A DNA stretch of 64,000 bases from Octopus sinensis. Lineage: Eukaryota. The stretch spans positions 33,852,001 to 33,916,000 of the forward strand of contig NC_043002.1 of the NCBI RefSeq assembly GCF_006345805.1. Reading direction: 5' to 3'. Position numbers and translations under genes: made by a program. The first letter of the stretch is position 1, and each line of letters opens with the position of its first letter. Of this stretch, positions 11,050 to 25,028 are shown piece after piece. The notes under the pieces are model-generated. The model made no database searches, was not told the origin of the DNA, and saw nothing but the letters and a program-made list of their open reading frames with translations.

Positions 11050-13557
11050 CTTTCGACATTATAATAAGCGAAATTTAACGTGCTGTTGCGAGGATTAACG
11101 AATGAAAACCTCGACCTGTTACCGAGAAACATTCAAGACCATATGTACATTTAAAGGTGTGTGTGTGTATGTGTGTGTGAGTGTAAGTGTATTGGGATAT
11201 ATCCAATACATACATACATTCATAATACATACACACATACATACATACATACATACATACATACATACATACATACATACATACATACATACATACATAC
11301 ATAATGCATACATACATACATACATACATACATACATACATACATACATACATACATACATACATACATACATGATGACTGCCTTATCTTGTCAAATGAT
11401 AGCCGTATCACATTCAGCCTGATTGTTCCGATTTACTTTCAGTCTTGCTTGTGTACAGATATGACTTTTCACCACGCATCCATTGTCATAGGACTTTATA
11501 AAATACAAAACAGGTCAAGAAATGAAATGATACTGAGATATCTGTACGTCATTGGATTTAAGCGACAAAAGCTTGTACAACACTTATGTTACTCTCGGTC
11601 ACCATAGCAGGTTCCGGTGACGAGCATTGTAAAATGACTGGTATTATTTTGATTGCAAATTTTATATCAGAGTATCTTTCTCTTAGAAGAGGTACCTTCC
11701 CCACGGCTTTGTCAAAAATAACGAAGGTATCCTCTACTTCTGGGAAATCTATTTAACTCGATGATGGGAACTTGACGTGCGAACGGATCTGTGAGTAATG
11801 GTAATTAGGGGCGACTCCATATTCCTCGCAACTCTAGTACTAGAACTGACCACAGGATGGAGTTCAGTGTCGTACCCAGGACATACATACATAGAGTATT
11901 CTATCGAAATTTTGCATATTGGCGATTTGTTTTTAAAAGAATAGTTGTTCGTGATATTAATTAAATTTTATCAATAGGAAATTAACAAATTTAATAAATG
12001 AAACATTAAATATGTCATGTGACACCAGTCAACTGTTTAACTGTTCACAGAGATGACAGATCTCAAATATACTTTATAATCAAATATTTGTAAAAATTTA
12101 TCTTAATTTCGCGGCACATTCAGAAATTATCGGCAACATACTAAAATGCCGTGACGCTGTTTAGCAGTTTGGAAACCTTTTGCCATAGATCTGTTGTGGG
12201 AAATCGGTGGCCCGCGGGACTTTCTGAATGACAAGCCTAAACGAAAGATTTCCTTGAATATTTTTATGACAAGCAATGTCTCTGATTTTACCACCCAGCA
12301 CAATTAAACTACTATCTTATCTTCTAATATATTGATTTCATTCAATTATTTTCAGCTCCTACACATTCAGTATTTATGTGTTAATGGGTTGTCAGTTAAA
12401 TCATAGAAGTCCTAAAGGGGATACAATTGCAGGGCTGTGATTAGGGTTTTAATTGGTCTTAATCGGGCCCTGTATATATTGAATATGATTATAAACATGA
12501 TGCAGATGGTGAAGGCTATTTTTAAAAATGGTGTAGCCATTAAAAAAAATGATATTAGATGGTTATGGGTCACCCAAATTCAGTTAATTGAAGATGTAAG
12601 AGAATCAATGTATATAATTTCTGGGGGCAGGGGAAAGCTATTGGTTAAAATAGTAGAGGCAGCATCCATGGCACTTTAAGGGATTGGTAGTAGTTGGGAG
12701 TTGAAGAAAGCAAACATAAATTTTAGTCTACTAATATGGCTTGAATACTTGCAACAGAGAATTGAAAAAGATGGTGTTAAATAGGGAGGCGGGTTGACTA
12801 TTTTTTTCGAATAGGTTTAGTCCATCGAAAAACTTTCCGTCTCCCCAGTTTCACAAGGTTTTTGACAACCAAGGTTCACAAGCAGTTCATCACTTACTTC
12901 AACGAAGAGTTCCGCCGCCAAATGATAATTATATTGAAAATATATGACATTTCTGCATGTCACCATTGTGATGATTTGGTTGAGTTGAAGACGATGGAAA
13001 GAACACTAATTCTGTTGAGATTTAATTGCAAAAATATTTATTTTTATCGTTAGTAAATTAATATACTGCCGTGATTATGAACGACAAAGAAAAGATGTTT
13101 ACACCAAGTGCGATTGTTCAAAGATTTATGAGATGTTATTTCAGTCGAGAATGACAGTAGCCGTCGTCGTGTGATTTTAGCAGCTAGCTGGTTTGGCTGC
13201 ATCTTCGTCGTTATCGTCCATTTTCTTGACTACTACGGACACAGCTGACTAGTAACTAAAACACGTTAAATATATAGCTGATGTCCATATTAGAAGAAGC
13301 GCACCAAAGATGAAATTAGAAATATTAATATTTCTAAATCTCCTTAAAGGAGATTATATAATATATAATATAAAGATGAAACTGTTTGATGACATCCTGC
13401 TTTACAACTTATCTCAGCGGTCTTTTTCTTTCGTGACGTCAGCAATAACTGAATGAAAAATGTTCTTGTTGTTGTTCATAGCATATAGTTATCTGGACTT
13501 GATTTTTAGGTGTTTTAGGATTGTCAAATATTCCTTTTACAATATTAATAGTGGTGG

Positions 13558-13915
13558 TAGGGCGGTGAATTGGCAGAAACGTTAGCACGCCGGGTGAAAT
13601 GCTTAGCGGTATTTCGTCTGCCGCCACGTTCTGAGTTCAAATTCCGCCGAGGTCGACTTTGCCTTTCATGCTTTCGGGATCGATTAAATAAGTATCAGTT
13701 ACGCTCTGAGGTCGATGTAATCGACTCAATCCGTTTGTTTGTCCTTGTTTGTCCTCTCTGTGTTTAGCCCCTTGTGGGTACTGAAGAAATAGGTATTTCG
13801 TCTGCCGTTATGTTCTAAGTTCAAATTCCGCTGGGGCCGATTTTGCCTTTCATCCTTTCGGGGTCGATTAAATAAGTACCAGTTACGCACTGGGTCGATG
13901 TAACGGCCACGAGAT
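13558..13915 (+). mobile_element. tRNA-derived SINE family 1, dimeric form
   Basis: Same head / core / TGTCCTTGTTTGTCC linker / second B box + core layout as 8072-8456 and 30820-31210. Confidence 0.85.
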
Positions 13916-14012
13916 CCTTCCATTCCTGGTCTAGGCGGAGTGTTATGTCCTTGAGCAAGGCTCATCATTTCATCATGTTCCAGTCTACTTAGCTCTTAAT
14001 GAGTACCACTTT

Positions 14013-14076
<64 letters not shown>

Positions 14077-14102
14077 TTTTTCTTTCTTTCTTTCTTTCTT
14101 TT

Positions 14103-14141
<39 letters not shown>

Positions 14142-14360
14142 CTCACAGTCACATCTTCGATGCTCTGTTGGAGAGCCAAACGGGTATCTCTATCTACTCG
14201 CAAACTACACAGTCGCTTAGAACAACTAACGAAACCATAGTACACTTCACGCTGTCAAATCGTATTCACTGGTGAATTACGGCTGTGACTTTCCGTTGAT
14301 GGCCTTATTGACATTCTTTTGCTAGTGTTTAGCTACAGATTAGTCCTAACCGTTGTAGAC

Positions 14361-14681
14361 TAGTGGCTCTCTACCATTTTTTATTTATAGGCCCCTTTGA
14401 TTACTATTTTATGCTGGTGGATACCCATAGCTATTCGATGTTTAAAAAACAAGTCTTATAGACACTTCTTACAAAATTCCTATTTAGTTTTTCACACATT
14501 CACTTGAATACGTTAGCAAGAAACATGTTAGAGAAAGAAACCTAGCTGGTTCTTGCAATAAATCCATTTAAAGTAAAAAAAAAATTATGGACCCTTAAAA
14601 TAATGCTGTTGATCCCCAAATTACTATTTTGTGTGCGTGGATCCCGCAAAATTTTATATGGACCCTGGTTGAGGACCACTT
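14361..14681. mobile_element. hAT (Charlie-like) MITE
   Basis: TIRs TAGTGGCTCTCTACC / GGTTGAGGACCACTT; 8-bp TSD TTGTAGAC (14353-14360) / GTGTAGAC (14682-14689); repeated internal TTACTATTTT..GTGGA motifs. Confidence 0.75.
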
Positions 14682-15933
14682 GTGTAGACCTATAATCGCC
14701 GGTCCGTTCGTGGTCATCCCATCTCTTTTCGTATATCCATGATTATATGATCCGAAATAAATTTTGATGTTTATTTTTTAAAGTGGTCAGGTATTATTGG
14801 GAAAAATCTGCTGCTGCTGTTGGTCGTGGTGGTGGTGGCGGCGTTTGTGTTGGTGTTGTTGTTAGTGGTGGTGGTATTGGTGGTGGTTTTGATTGTGGAT
14901 GTGGTGGAAGTTTTAGTAATGTTAGTGATGCTGATGGTGGCAACAATATTGTTGATGGTGGTATTGTTCGTAAGGGTGATGACAGTGGTGGTAGATTTGG
15001 TGGATCTAATTTTTTCATTAGCAAAATATGCATTTTTTAAACGACAGTAAAATATCTGAAAATTGGTTATAACAATGTAGTTTTCCAATCTAATTGCTAT
15101 GAAGGTATGATGTTTTGGAGAAACAAATTAGAGGAAGAAGCTACAGAGGTTTAAAAATCGAAAAAAAAAAACTGTATTTTTAGCCAATAGCGAAATAGAA
15201 ATGTTCTACGTTTAGCGGAGCGGTATAAACTTTAAGGTTGTACCCTGTAAAATTTATAGTTTAGCGTCTGTGAAATGACCTCTTCATTGTAGGTTTCTAA
15301 ATAAACAAAAATACCTAATTTTATTGTAGTTTTCTAAATAAACAGAAATACCTAAAGAAGTCAATGTGTATCATCTTACTGTTTCTTTTGTTTCTTCATT
15401 GATTGTATGTTTTTATTATTTTTTAAAACTTTGTTATATTAATATATTTGTCTGCATGTGTTTACTTTATGCGTATTTCAGTATTATGTATGCCTGTCAT
15501 GTATTTCTGTACATCATTAATACATAAGTGCGTGCGTGAAATGTAGGCGTTTGTCTCCAAAACTTCAAAGTTGAGTAACGTTTCTATGCTTGGATTTGTA
15601 AACTACGATAAGAATAACACTGGTCAACAAAAAATTTGTCCCAAGAAATAGAATACCTGTATCTTATATGTTTTTGCATGCAGAATTCAAAAATTATGTC
15701 AAATTATCAGTACTAAGTTCACATATTCCTTTCACCTTCATGATGTCCAAAAACTGTATAAACATCGCAAACAACTTTTGCTATATATATATGAAAAATA
15801 TGCAAAATATTAAGGCAATTGACGAAATATATCTATAATAAAATACTAATTGATAAAAATAAATTTTTATTAAAACAAAACGCGCGGGTGAAGAAATCTA
15901 GTGGTGGGAAGAATCAGCGCAACACAACGTGCA

Positions 15934-15947
15934 GTTGTCATGGTAAC
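15934..15947. promoter_or_regulatory. RFX X-box motif in HELT intron
   Basis: GTTGTCATGGTAAC matches GTHNYY-AT-RRNAAC in apparently non-repetitive sequence; function untested. Confidence 0.4.
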
Positions 15948-16550
15948 AAGCAGTTAATGCCTCGCTGTATGATGATTGCCTAAAATTACCCAAATTTCCC
16001 AATTTCAATTCCAAACAACATCAGATTCTTTAATTTACGAGATAAAGTAATTGGTTGATCGTAATCAAAATTCAGTGTTGCATCGATACACCAAAATTGA
16101 AAGCAATCTGAGCAAAATTAAAGGGGGCTCATTTGCGAATGAAAAAGACTAGATCCGATTCGGTAACGGTGGTGACAATGGTAGTGGCATGGTAGTGGTG
16201 CTCATGGTGGTAGTGGTGTTGGCAAGAAGTGATGGTGGTGTTGGAGTTGTTATTGTATGTTATAGTGGTGGTGGTAGTGATGATGGTGGTAGTAGTGATA
16301 GTGTTCCTAACGGTGTTGGTTGTGACAATGATGATGGCTGTGGTGGTGATAATGATCATAGTAGCGATGGTACTAATAGCGGTCTTATTTGAATATAGAA
16401 TGAGTAAACTAGAGCCGTTATTTAATAAGCTAAAGCCTGCTGCTGCTGTCCTAATTATAACACTTGGTACCAATTCAGGCCTTCATTTACTGACTGCCAC
16501 CATCTTCAGCAATGTACGAGATTTGAAGATGACTTGATTGGAGAGTGGGT

Positions 16551-16596
16551 CACGTGGCATTCGTACGTCACGTGGATTGCACAAACTGTGCACGTG
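16551..16596. promoter_or_regulatory. Cluster of three CACGTG E-boxes in HELT intron
   Basis: CACGTG at 16551, 16569 and 16591 inside a short CpG-rich patch. Confidence 0.45.
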
Positions 16597-16705
16597 TCGC
16601 CGTCTTGCGGCGTTCGCAAAAATAATGACACCCGGGCGAACGAACACACTTCATTATATAGATAACTACGTTAATTACATGTTAAAATTGTGCTATCAAC
16701 GCCAC

Positions 16706-16738
<33 letters not shown>

Positions 16739-16965
16739 TACCATCATCATCATTTCACAACTACCACCATCAACACAAGCAGCAGTAACAATGGCAACAC
16801 TTCTATCACTATACCACCATCACTAACAGAATCGTTAAAATGATAAGCAGTTATATACTGGGGTCAAATAATAAACATGCGACCTCTTCTAAGAATTATA
16901 AGCATGAATATGTATTACATATGTGTCTGTCTGTTTGTTTGTCTGTCTGTTTGTTTGTCTGTCTG

Positions 16966-16996
<31 letters not shown>

Positions 16997-17400
16997 TCTC
17001 TATATATATATATAATATAATATATATATATATACAAACACACATACATGCACACACACACACACACAACACATATATTTTAATGTTTATTTTCATCTTC
17101 AGTTATAATAAAAACAGTTTTACATCAATTTGATGGGTTACTCTATACTTTTGAAGAGTACAAATTTATTATCTTTAAACAAGAATTTTGTTGACAGTGA
17201 CTTGAAAGTTTCGGCCAACCAAGTCGTCGTCATACATACATGCATACATACATACATACATACATACATACATACATACATACATACATGCATACATGCA
17301 TACATACATACATACATACATACATACACATATATATATGCATGTATATATGAGTATGTATATATGTATATATATATGTATATGTCTGTAAATATATGCA

Positions 17401-17431
<31 letters not shown>

Positions 17432-17607
17432 TTATACATACATACTAAGTTACGGTGACGTAAACACACCAACATCGGTTGTTAAGCAGGACACACCTAG
17501 TGTTCCTGCATGATATCAAAAACAATCCTGAATGATGAAATAATTCTTAGCGTCACCATAAAGTATACATTGTGGGTGGGTACATAATTGAATCTTCGCT
17601 TCCTTAC

Positions 17608-17704
17608 CATTTTCAAACCTCATTCCGATTTCTGTAGCTTGGACAGCTCTTAGGTATTCAACGGTCATTTCCAGAATTTCTGCCTTTTCAAGTTTTCCAG
17701 AAGA
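17608..17704 (-). CDS. HELT: HELT-like gene, loop/helix-2 exon
   Basis: ttttatttcAG acceptor (17706-17705); encodes SSGKLEKAEILEMTVEYLRAVQATEIGMRFEN+G, close to HELT SSGKLEKAEILEMTVQYLRAL; donor G|GTAAGG; 97 nt, phase 0 to 1. Confidence 0.95.
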
Positions 17705-17979
17705 CTGAAATAAAAGCAAGGAAAAAGGAAATAAGTAGTCCAATATTGGTACAGTTTTGTTGACAGGTATTTTATAAAAGCTGTATCGTGACGTTTCGGA
17801 CGGCTATTATTCATTCTCATGTAGTATTTTTACACAATCTAGAGTTATTAGTAAGAAATACAATCTAGAGTTATTAATAGGCAAATCTGAACCATCACAT
17901 CAGTTTTTCCTCTCAAAAGAGTTAGTTTTATATGGGTATGAATGTTTGTGTGAGAAAGAGAGAAAGAGAGAGAGAGAGA

Positions 17980-18011
<32 letters not shown>

Positions 18012-18521
18012 GCGTGTGTGCGTGCGTGTGTGCGTGCGTGTGTGCGTGCGTGTGTGTATGTGCATGTGTGTGTGAATTGTTGATCATTAATCCCACATCA
18101 GCGAATATTCAGCAAACTAATATACCCTAAGTTGTTCTAGGCGTGACCACCCCGTATTTCCTCTTAAAAATAGTACATTTAAAACAACTGATTAAATGAG
18201 TACTTCCTTTTTTAAGCCTGTAGGGTGTGATATGAGGGAGAATTGATTGCTTCTTTTGTAGATAGAGGTTTCATCGTTTGTTCGTGGTTCTCTCTTTGGC
18301 ATGTAATATACATGCGTGCGTATGTGCGTGTGTATGTGTGTATGTGTGCGTGTGTGTATATGTGTCTGTGTGTTTATGTGTTTCACTCAATGTTGCTGAC
18401 AAGTCGAATTTGATAATTCATACATACATACATACATGCATACATACATACATATATATACATACCTTCATATATATTACATGCATGATACTACATTATA
18501 ATTTTATATATATATATATAT

Positions 18522-18557
<36 letters not shown>

Positions 18558-18611
18558 TATGATTTAAGGAAATACATCTATGTATAGGTTGGATGGAAGT
18601 ATGTGTATGTA

Positions 18612-18663
<52 letters not shown>

Positions 18664-18868
18664 TGTGTGTGTGTGTGTGTATGTGTAGAGTTGACAGCGT
18701 GAAGATTATTGCAGTCGTTCTAATATATCACGGAAATGTAGTCCACTTCCTATAGGAGGAACTGTTTACTTTTTTTCTGTCACTAAGAGGTACCTTAACC
18801 GATATTTAAAAAACTAATATTTATAATAATATAGATACATATATGCATGTTATATACATATACATATA

Positions 18869-18949
<81 letters not shown>

Positions 18950-19644
18950 CATATATGGGTACAGGACGTCACCAACAGTAAACAACATCAAATATGAAAA
19001 CAAATGAGTTAAATACGCAAATAACGAGAGCAAAAAATGAAAAACAGGACAAGTAATACAAAGAATGCAAAGAACGACACTTCATCAGTAGTCGGCTATC
19101 TATCTACTCCCCATTTCGAGCAATCAACGACAACATGAGTCTTCAAAGACAGTTGCTACCATAAATACCAAAATAAAATTTTGGATTTATAGAGCGTCAA
19201 AGTTGATAACAGAAACAGGACAGTGGAGACATACAAGGAAACCGAACGAAAACAGACATGGAGGGTCGTTAGATCAGAACAAAGGGAAAATAGTGAACGC
19301 TGAGAGAAATATTTTCTTTGAAAAGAGAAAAGATAGAAAGGAGAGATAGGAGATGTCCAGTCCTTAGAACGACTGTGCAGGAAAAGAAAGATGGACGATG
19401 GTCACGTGTGAGCAACGAGGAGAGAGAGAGAGAGAAAAAGAATAAGAAGGAGAGAGAGGGAGAGAGACAGAGACAGACAGACAGACAGACAGACAGAAAA
19501 CGGTGAAAGGGAGAAAAAGAGCATTAGAGAAGGATGGTAGAGAAAACAGTATAGAGTAGAGTCACATCAAAAAGGTTGAGATAAACTTACTTGGAAATGG
19601 ATGCGTGGCGTTCAATTAAATAGTAGTATAAATAGTATACATAC

Positions 19645-19749
19645 AAAGGAAAAAAGGACTCATTCTATTGAATGTTATCGATAATATCGAGTAGAAATAG
19701 GGGTGCTGCAGTTCCACAGTTCCTACGAGCCGCCACTGCTCATACATAA

Positions 19750-19807
<58 letters not shown>

Positions 19808-19859
19808 ATATCTATCTACTATCTATCTATCTATCTATCTATTATCTATCTATGATCTA

Positions 19860-19896
<37 letters not shown>

Positions 19897-20682
19897 ATAT
19901 ATAATATATATATATACTAATCATCTATGTATGTATATACAAACAATGTTGTGCATAAATACATATATACATATATACATATATAATATTATACATATAT
20001 AGCATATATGTGTACAGGACGTCAAGTATCCGCATATGTGCATATATATATATATATTTATATATACTAATATATAATATATATATATGTGTGTGTTGTT
20101 GTGTGTGTGTGTTGGTGTGTGTAATAGCTTAATTTTTCCTTGGGGCTGTCCGGATCGGAGCGATCTCAAGATTAATTTCTCGAAACGAGGATGATCCGGT
20201 TCTTGACTGAAGATTGAAGGCTTCGAATGTCCGTCCGTTTTTTGTATCGTCTTCTAAATGTTTTGCGTCTTGTCCCAGTTTGTATTTTTTTACATATACA
20301 TATATATATATATATGCACATATGCGTATACATGACGCCCTGTCCATATATGCATATATGTATATATGTATATGTGTATTTATGCCACACATTGTCTTGC
20401 ATATACATACATAGATGCATATATATATATAATATATATATAATATATATATATTATATAATATATATATATCTGAGAGAGAGAGAGAGAGAGTGAGAGA
20501 TAGATAATAGATAGATAGATAGTAGGAGATAGATAGATAGATAGAGAGATAGATGTAGATAGATAGATAGATTTATGTATGAACAGTGGCGGCTCGTGTA
20601 TAGGAACTGTGGAACTGCAGCACCCCCTATTTCTACTCGATATTATCGATAACATTCAATAGAATGAGTCCTTTTTTCCTTT
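19645..20682. repeat. ~1 kb imperfect palindrome (arms ~19645-20060 and ~20290-20682)
   Basis: AAAGGAAAAAAGGACTCATTCTATTG...GAGCCGCCACTG, the (TCTA)n tract and an inner ~130 bp segment all recur in reverse complement. Confidence 0.85.
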
Positions 20683-20839
20683 AATTCTTTCTTTATACTT
20701 GTACATTAAATAACCCTTAAGCTTAATGTCAGTAGCCAATCCCTTTTTATAAAAAAAATACAAAAATCCTTGTATAGAACTGTGCACTTCACAATTCCAG
20801 TGACTCTGTGTTTGGCTGTTATGCGCAATCTCACATATC

Positions 20840-21000
20840 CATGATAAGAAGCTTCACACAACTAAGAGTGCACGACGTGAACCACAGTGCCGGGTGAAAG
20901 GTAGTGTTTCTTTTTGACTCCGCAGGTGTTGTGCTTAAAAACGCTCTTGAATCTGATAAAATGTAGAATTAGATTATTATCCTGCTTTCAGCTTCAGTGT
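20840..21000 (+). mobile_element. Possible highly degenerate mariner transposase remnant
   Basis: Reads approximately SAG-KVVFLFDSAGVVL, resembling the mariner SAGKVM..FFD..GVV segment; frameshifted. Confidence 0.3.
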
Positions 21001-21169
21001 TGTTGCCAGGATTTGAAAAATAGGGCACATTACCCCGAACCCCTTATTTTGTGAGTTAGGGAAGATTTTTCAAAAACAAGGGGGAATTCGCGACGGTGTT
21101 CAATGAACAAATTAAACACATTACACGGCAGTGGCTAAAACACGAACCAATCGAATTTATGTATCTCTT

Positions 21170-21370
21170 TAACTCTTTTACTTGTTTCAGTCATTTGACT
21201 GCGGCCATGCTGGAGCACCACCTTTAGTCGAGCAAATCGACCCCAGGACTTATTCTTTGTAAGCTTAGTACTTATTTTATCGGTCTCTCTTTTGTCGAAC
21301 CGCTAAGTTACGAGGACGTAAACACACCTACATCAGTTATCAAGCGATGTTGGGGGGAGGCACAAACACA
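21170..21370 (-). mobile_element. SINE family 2, 3' half
   Basis: CTTTTACTTGTTTCAGTCATTTGACTGCGGCCATGCTGGAGCACC... shared with 37405, 42716 and, in reverse orientation, 58200-58412. Confidence 0.8.
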
Positions 21371-22555
21371 GACACACAAACATATGCACACGCACACGTA
21401 ATACATACATACATATATATATATAAGTACATATACATGCGATACACACATACACACATATATATATATATATATGATATATATATATAAATATAATATA
21501 TATATATTATATATTATATATATAATATATGTATAATATATATATATGCGTATGTATATGCATATACATATACATATACACACACACACATTATATATAT
21601 AATATATATATATATATATTATATATACATAAATGTTATATATACATTTATATACTTGTACATATGCGTATCTATCTATCTGTGTGTATGTGTGCGTGCG
21701 CGTGGTGTGTTGCGCGTACGTCGGAGAAAAACAAAGTAGAGTGTCGGTTCATAAATTATTAATTATGTCATTTACACGTATTTACTGAACAATATATAGG
21801 GGAAACCTTATGAACAGATACATTTTGGATTCTTCAGAATTTGCATAAAAAATAACTTACGATTTATGACAGACATGGGACAGTGTTATGGTGCCAACGC
21901 ACAACATAACATACCTGTCTAACAGTATAACACTGTATGATGGCAGTATAAAAATCTTAATAGTTATTACGTTTGTTATGCAATCTGTGAAAAATTGATA
22001 AGGTAATTTATTTATAAAACGTTTTCCTACATAACAAATATTATTGTTTATGAAACGTTTAATAAGACGTTTAATAAACGTTTAATAATTTAGTTAATTT
22101 ATGAACTGACATTTCAGTTTTTTTTTTCGATATGAATTCTGTCTCTTCTTTCTAACTGTAAAGAGTAATGAAAGGAAACTGGGAATATATTACACGAGTT
22201 CTTTTATTAGTTTTATCTTTCGATGTATAATGATGCACATAGACTTCTAAATACTGGTTATATGTCATACAGCTTAAATTTTAATTGCATTTTACAAATA
22301 TATTTGTGTGAGTGTATTTATATGTATATTTATATATGTGTAAGTATAGTATGTATATATGCATATGTATATATGGTTTTATGTATAAATGTAAGTATAT
22401 ATACAACATTCTATATATATATAGGTACTCAGAAATCTGGATGGTTTTTATATTTACAGATTTTTCTTAATATGTCACATGTTTTTTTATAAATCATATA
22501 TTAGCGCTTGCATCCACTTTAGTGGAATCTTCAGATTCTCCACACACCACGCACG

Positions 22556-22606
<51 letters not shown>

Positions 22607-22641
22607 ATATATATATAATAATATATAATATATAATAATAT

Positions 22642-22687
<46 letters not shown>

Positions 22688-22810
22688 GATAGATATATAG
22701 ATAGATAGATAGATTAAGAATCAATCTGCAGCGCATCAACCTACTTGTGAAGGACAGTAATATAGAAGTAGTTGATAGCTGTTAGATATCTAATTGGTGT
22801 GGAGACTGAC

Positions 22811-22912
22811 CTGTTTGGCAAAAGCTGCCGGAACTGTTTGACTAAGTTCAGCCAAGCAATTGTTAATCCGATCACGTCGTCTTTTTTCAATCACCTTATG
22901 GGAAGTTTGATC
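22811..22912 (-). CDS. HELT: HELT-like gene, basic/helix-1 exon (copy A)
   Basis: tattttcAG acceptor; DQTSHKVIEKRRRDRINNCLAELSQTVPAAFAKQ (34 codons) vs HELT PVSHKVIEKRRRDRINRCLNELGKTVPMALAKQ; donor CAG|GTCAGT; phase 0-0, in frame with the next exon. Confidence 0.93.
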
Positions 22913-23583
22913 CTGAAAATAATAAAGTATCATAAAATGTAAACAAAAGGCAAAATACAACTATAATGTCAACAACATCAACAAGGCAGCCTTTATTCGA
23001 TCACTCGATCAGATTGATATAACAGCCTAATTTTTCTTAAATCACTCACTATAATGTAAAAGAAAATTTGGATAATATAGTCATAGATATGATAAGCACG
23101 AAAGAAAAGGATTGTGATGGCTATAACCGATATGGACAACAATGACATTATCAATAACTGTATCGATCGGAAATTCATAGCAATCGACTAAACATATTGA
23201 ATACGAGCAAAATGCCTCCCTCCCGCATAATGGGCGGTGCTGAGTTGTCAAACATTTAAACCAAATTTTCTCAAAACAACTTGTCCGACCGTCCCATAGG
23301 CATCTCCTTTGAGAAACACTGATTTAGCATAAATTTGAGACACCGTGCATTTTTCTCGCGTATGCGTAGTATCGATCGCAACAGCTGATGTACTTACGCG
23401 TACAAATGCACGTTCCCACGGCTTTATCGATTGCATTCTCACCTGGAATCGATTTTTGTAATTTTTTCAAGACTTATACACGCCCCTGATACCGTCGGTA
23501 CCTACAATATCAAATTTGAGCGCAATCGGATGGGGATGCCCGAGATCCTAGAAGACACACACACAGACAGAACGGATTTTATA

Positions 23584-23683
23584 NNNNNNNNNNNNNNNNN
23601 NNNNNNNNNNNNNNNNNNNNNNNNNNNNNNNNNNNNNNNNNNNNNNNNNNNNNNNNNNNNNNNNNNNNNNNNNNNNNNNNNNN
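23584..23683. other. Assembly gap (100 N)
   Basis: Run of exactly 100 N. Confidence 1.
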
Positions 23684-24671
23684 TGCATATACACATACAT
23701 ATACACACGTATATATATATATATATATATATATAACATAAATGTTGATATACATTTATATACTTGTACATATGCGTATCTATCTATCTGTGTGTATGTT
23801 GTTGCGTGCGCGTGTGTGTTTGCGCGTACGTCTGTAGAAAAACAAAAGTAGAGTGTCGGTTCATAAATTATTAAATTATGTCATCTTACACGTATTTACT
23901 GAACAATATATAGGGGAAAACCTTATGAACAGATTACATTTTGGATTCTTCAGAATTTGCATAAAAAATAACTTACGATTTATGACAGACATGGGACAGT
24001 GTTATGGTGCCAACGCACATAACATACCCTGTCTAACAGTATAACACTGTATGATGGCCAGTATAAATCTTAATAGTTATTTACGTTTGTTATGCAATCT
24101 GTGAAAAATTGATAAGGTAATTTATTTATAAAACGTTTTCCTACATAACAAATATTATTGTTTATGAAACGTTTAATAAGACGTTTAATAAACGTTTAAT
24201 AATTTAGTTAATTTATGAACTGACATTTCAGTTTTTTTTTTCGATATGAATTCTGTCTCTTCTTTCTAACTGTAAAGAGTAATGAAAGGAAACTGGGAAT
24301 ATATTACACGAGTTCTTTTATTAGTTTTATCTTTCGATGTATAATGATGCACATAGACTTCTAAATACTGGTTATATGTCATACAGCTTAAATTTTAATT
24401 GCATTTTACAAATATATTTGTGTGAGTGTATTTATATGTATATTTATATATGTGTAAGTATAGATATGTATATATGCATATGTATATATGTTTATGTATA
24501 AATGTAAGTATATATATACATACATTCTATATATATATAAGGTACTCAGAAATCTGGATGGTTTTATATTTACAGATTTTTCTTAATATGTCACATGTTT
24601 TTTTATAAATCATATATTAGCGCTTGCATCCACTTTAGTGGAATCTTCAGATTCTCCACACACCACGCACG

Positions 24672-24722
<51 letters not shown>

Positions 24723-24757
24723 ATATATATATAATAATATATAATATATAATAATAT

Positions 24758-24803
<46 letters not shown>

Positions 24804-24926
24804 GATAGATATATAGATAGATAGATAGATTAAGAATCAATCTGCAGCGCATCAACCTACTTGTGAAGGACAGTAATATAGAAGTAGTTGATAGCTGTTA
24901 GATATCTAATTGGTGTGGAGACTGAC

Positions 24927-25028
24927 CTGTTTGGCAAAAGCTGCCGGAACTGTTTGACTAAGTTCAGCCAAGCAATTGTTAATCCGATCACGTCGTCTTT
25001 TTTCAATCACCTTATGGGAAGTTTGATC
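24927..25028 (-). CDS. HELT: HELT-like gene, basic/helix-1 exon (identical copy B; likely false duplication)
   Basis: Sequence and splice sites identical to 22811-22912. Confidence 0.6.

Noticed and set aside
12400-12830. Minus-strand hydrophobic frame (MDAASTILTNSFPLPPEII..FFLMATPFLKIAFTICIMFIIIF) considered as NUMT or env-like remnant
   Set aside because: It is interrupted by stops and has no recognisable motif; it cannot be assigned without a search.
20205-20235. CTGAAGA...GAATGTC in the repeat also found at 48890-48970 and 57271-57400, considered as a third hammerhead
   Set aside because: Stem II has almost no loop, GAAA is broken, and no stem I pairing was found.
23413-23420. High-affinity Su(H) site TTCCCACG (also 25529-25536)
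   Set aside because: It lies in what looks like a Helitron-type repeat within the probable false duplication; a single 8-mer is expected by chance.
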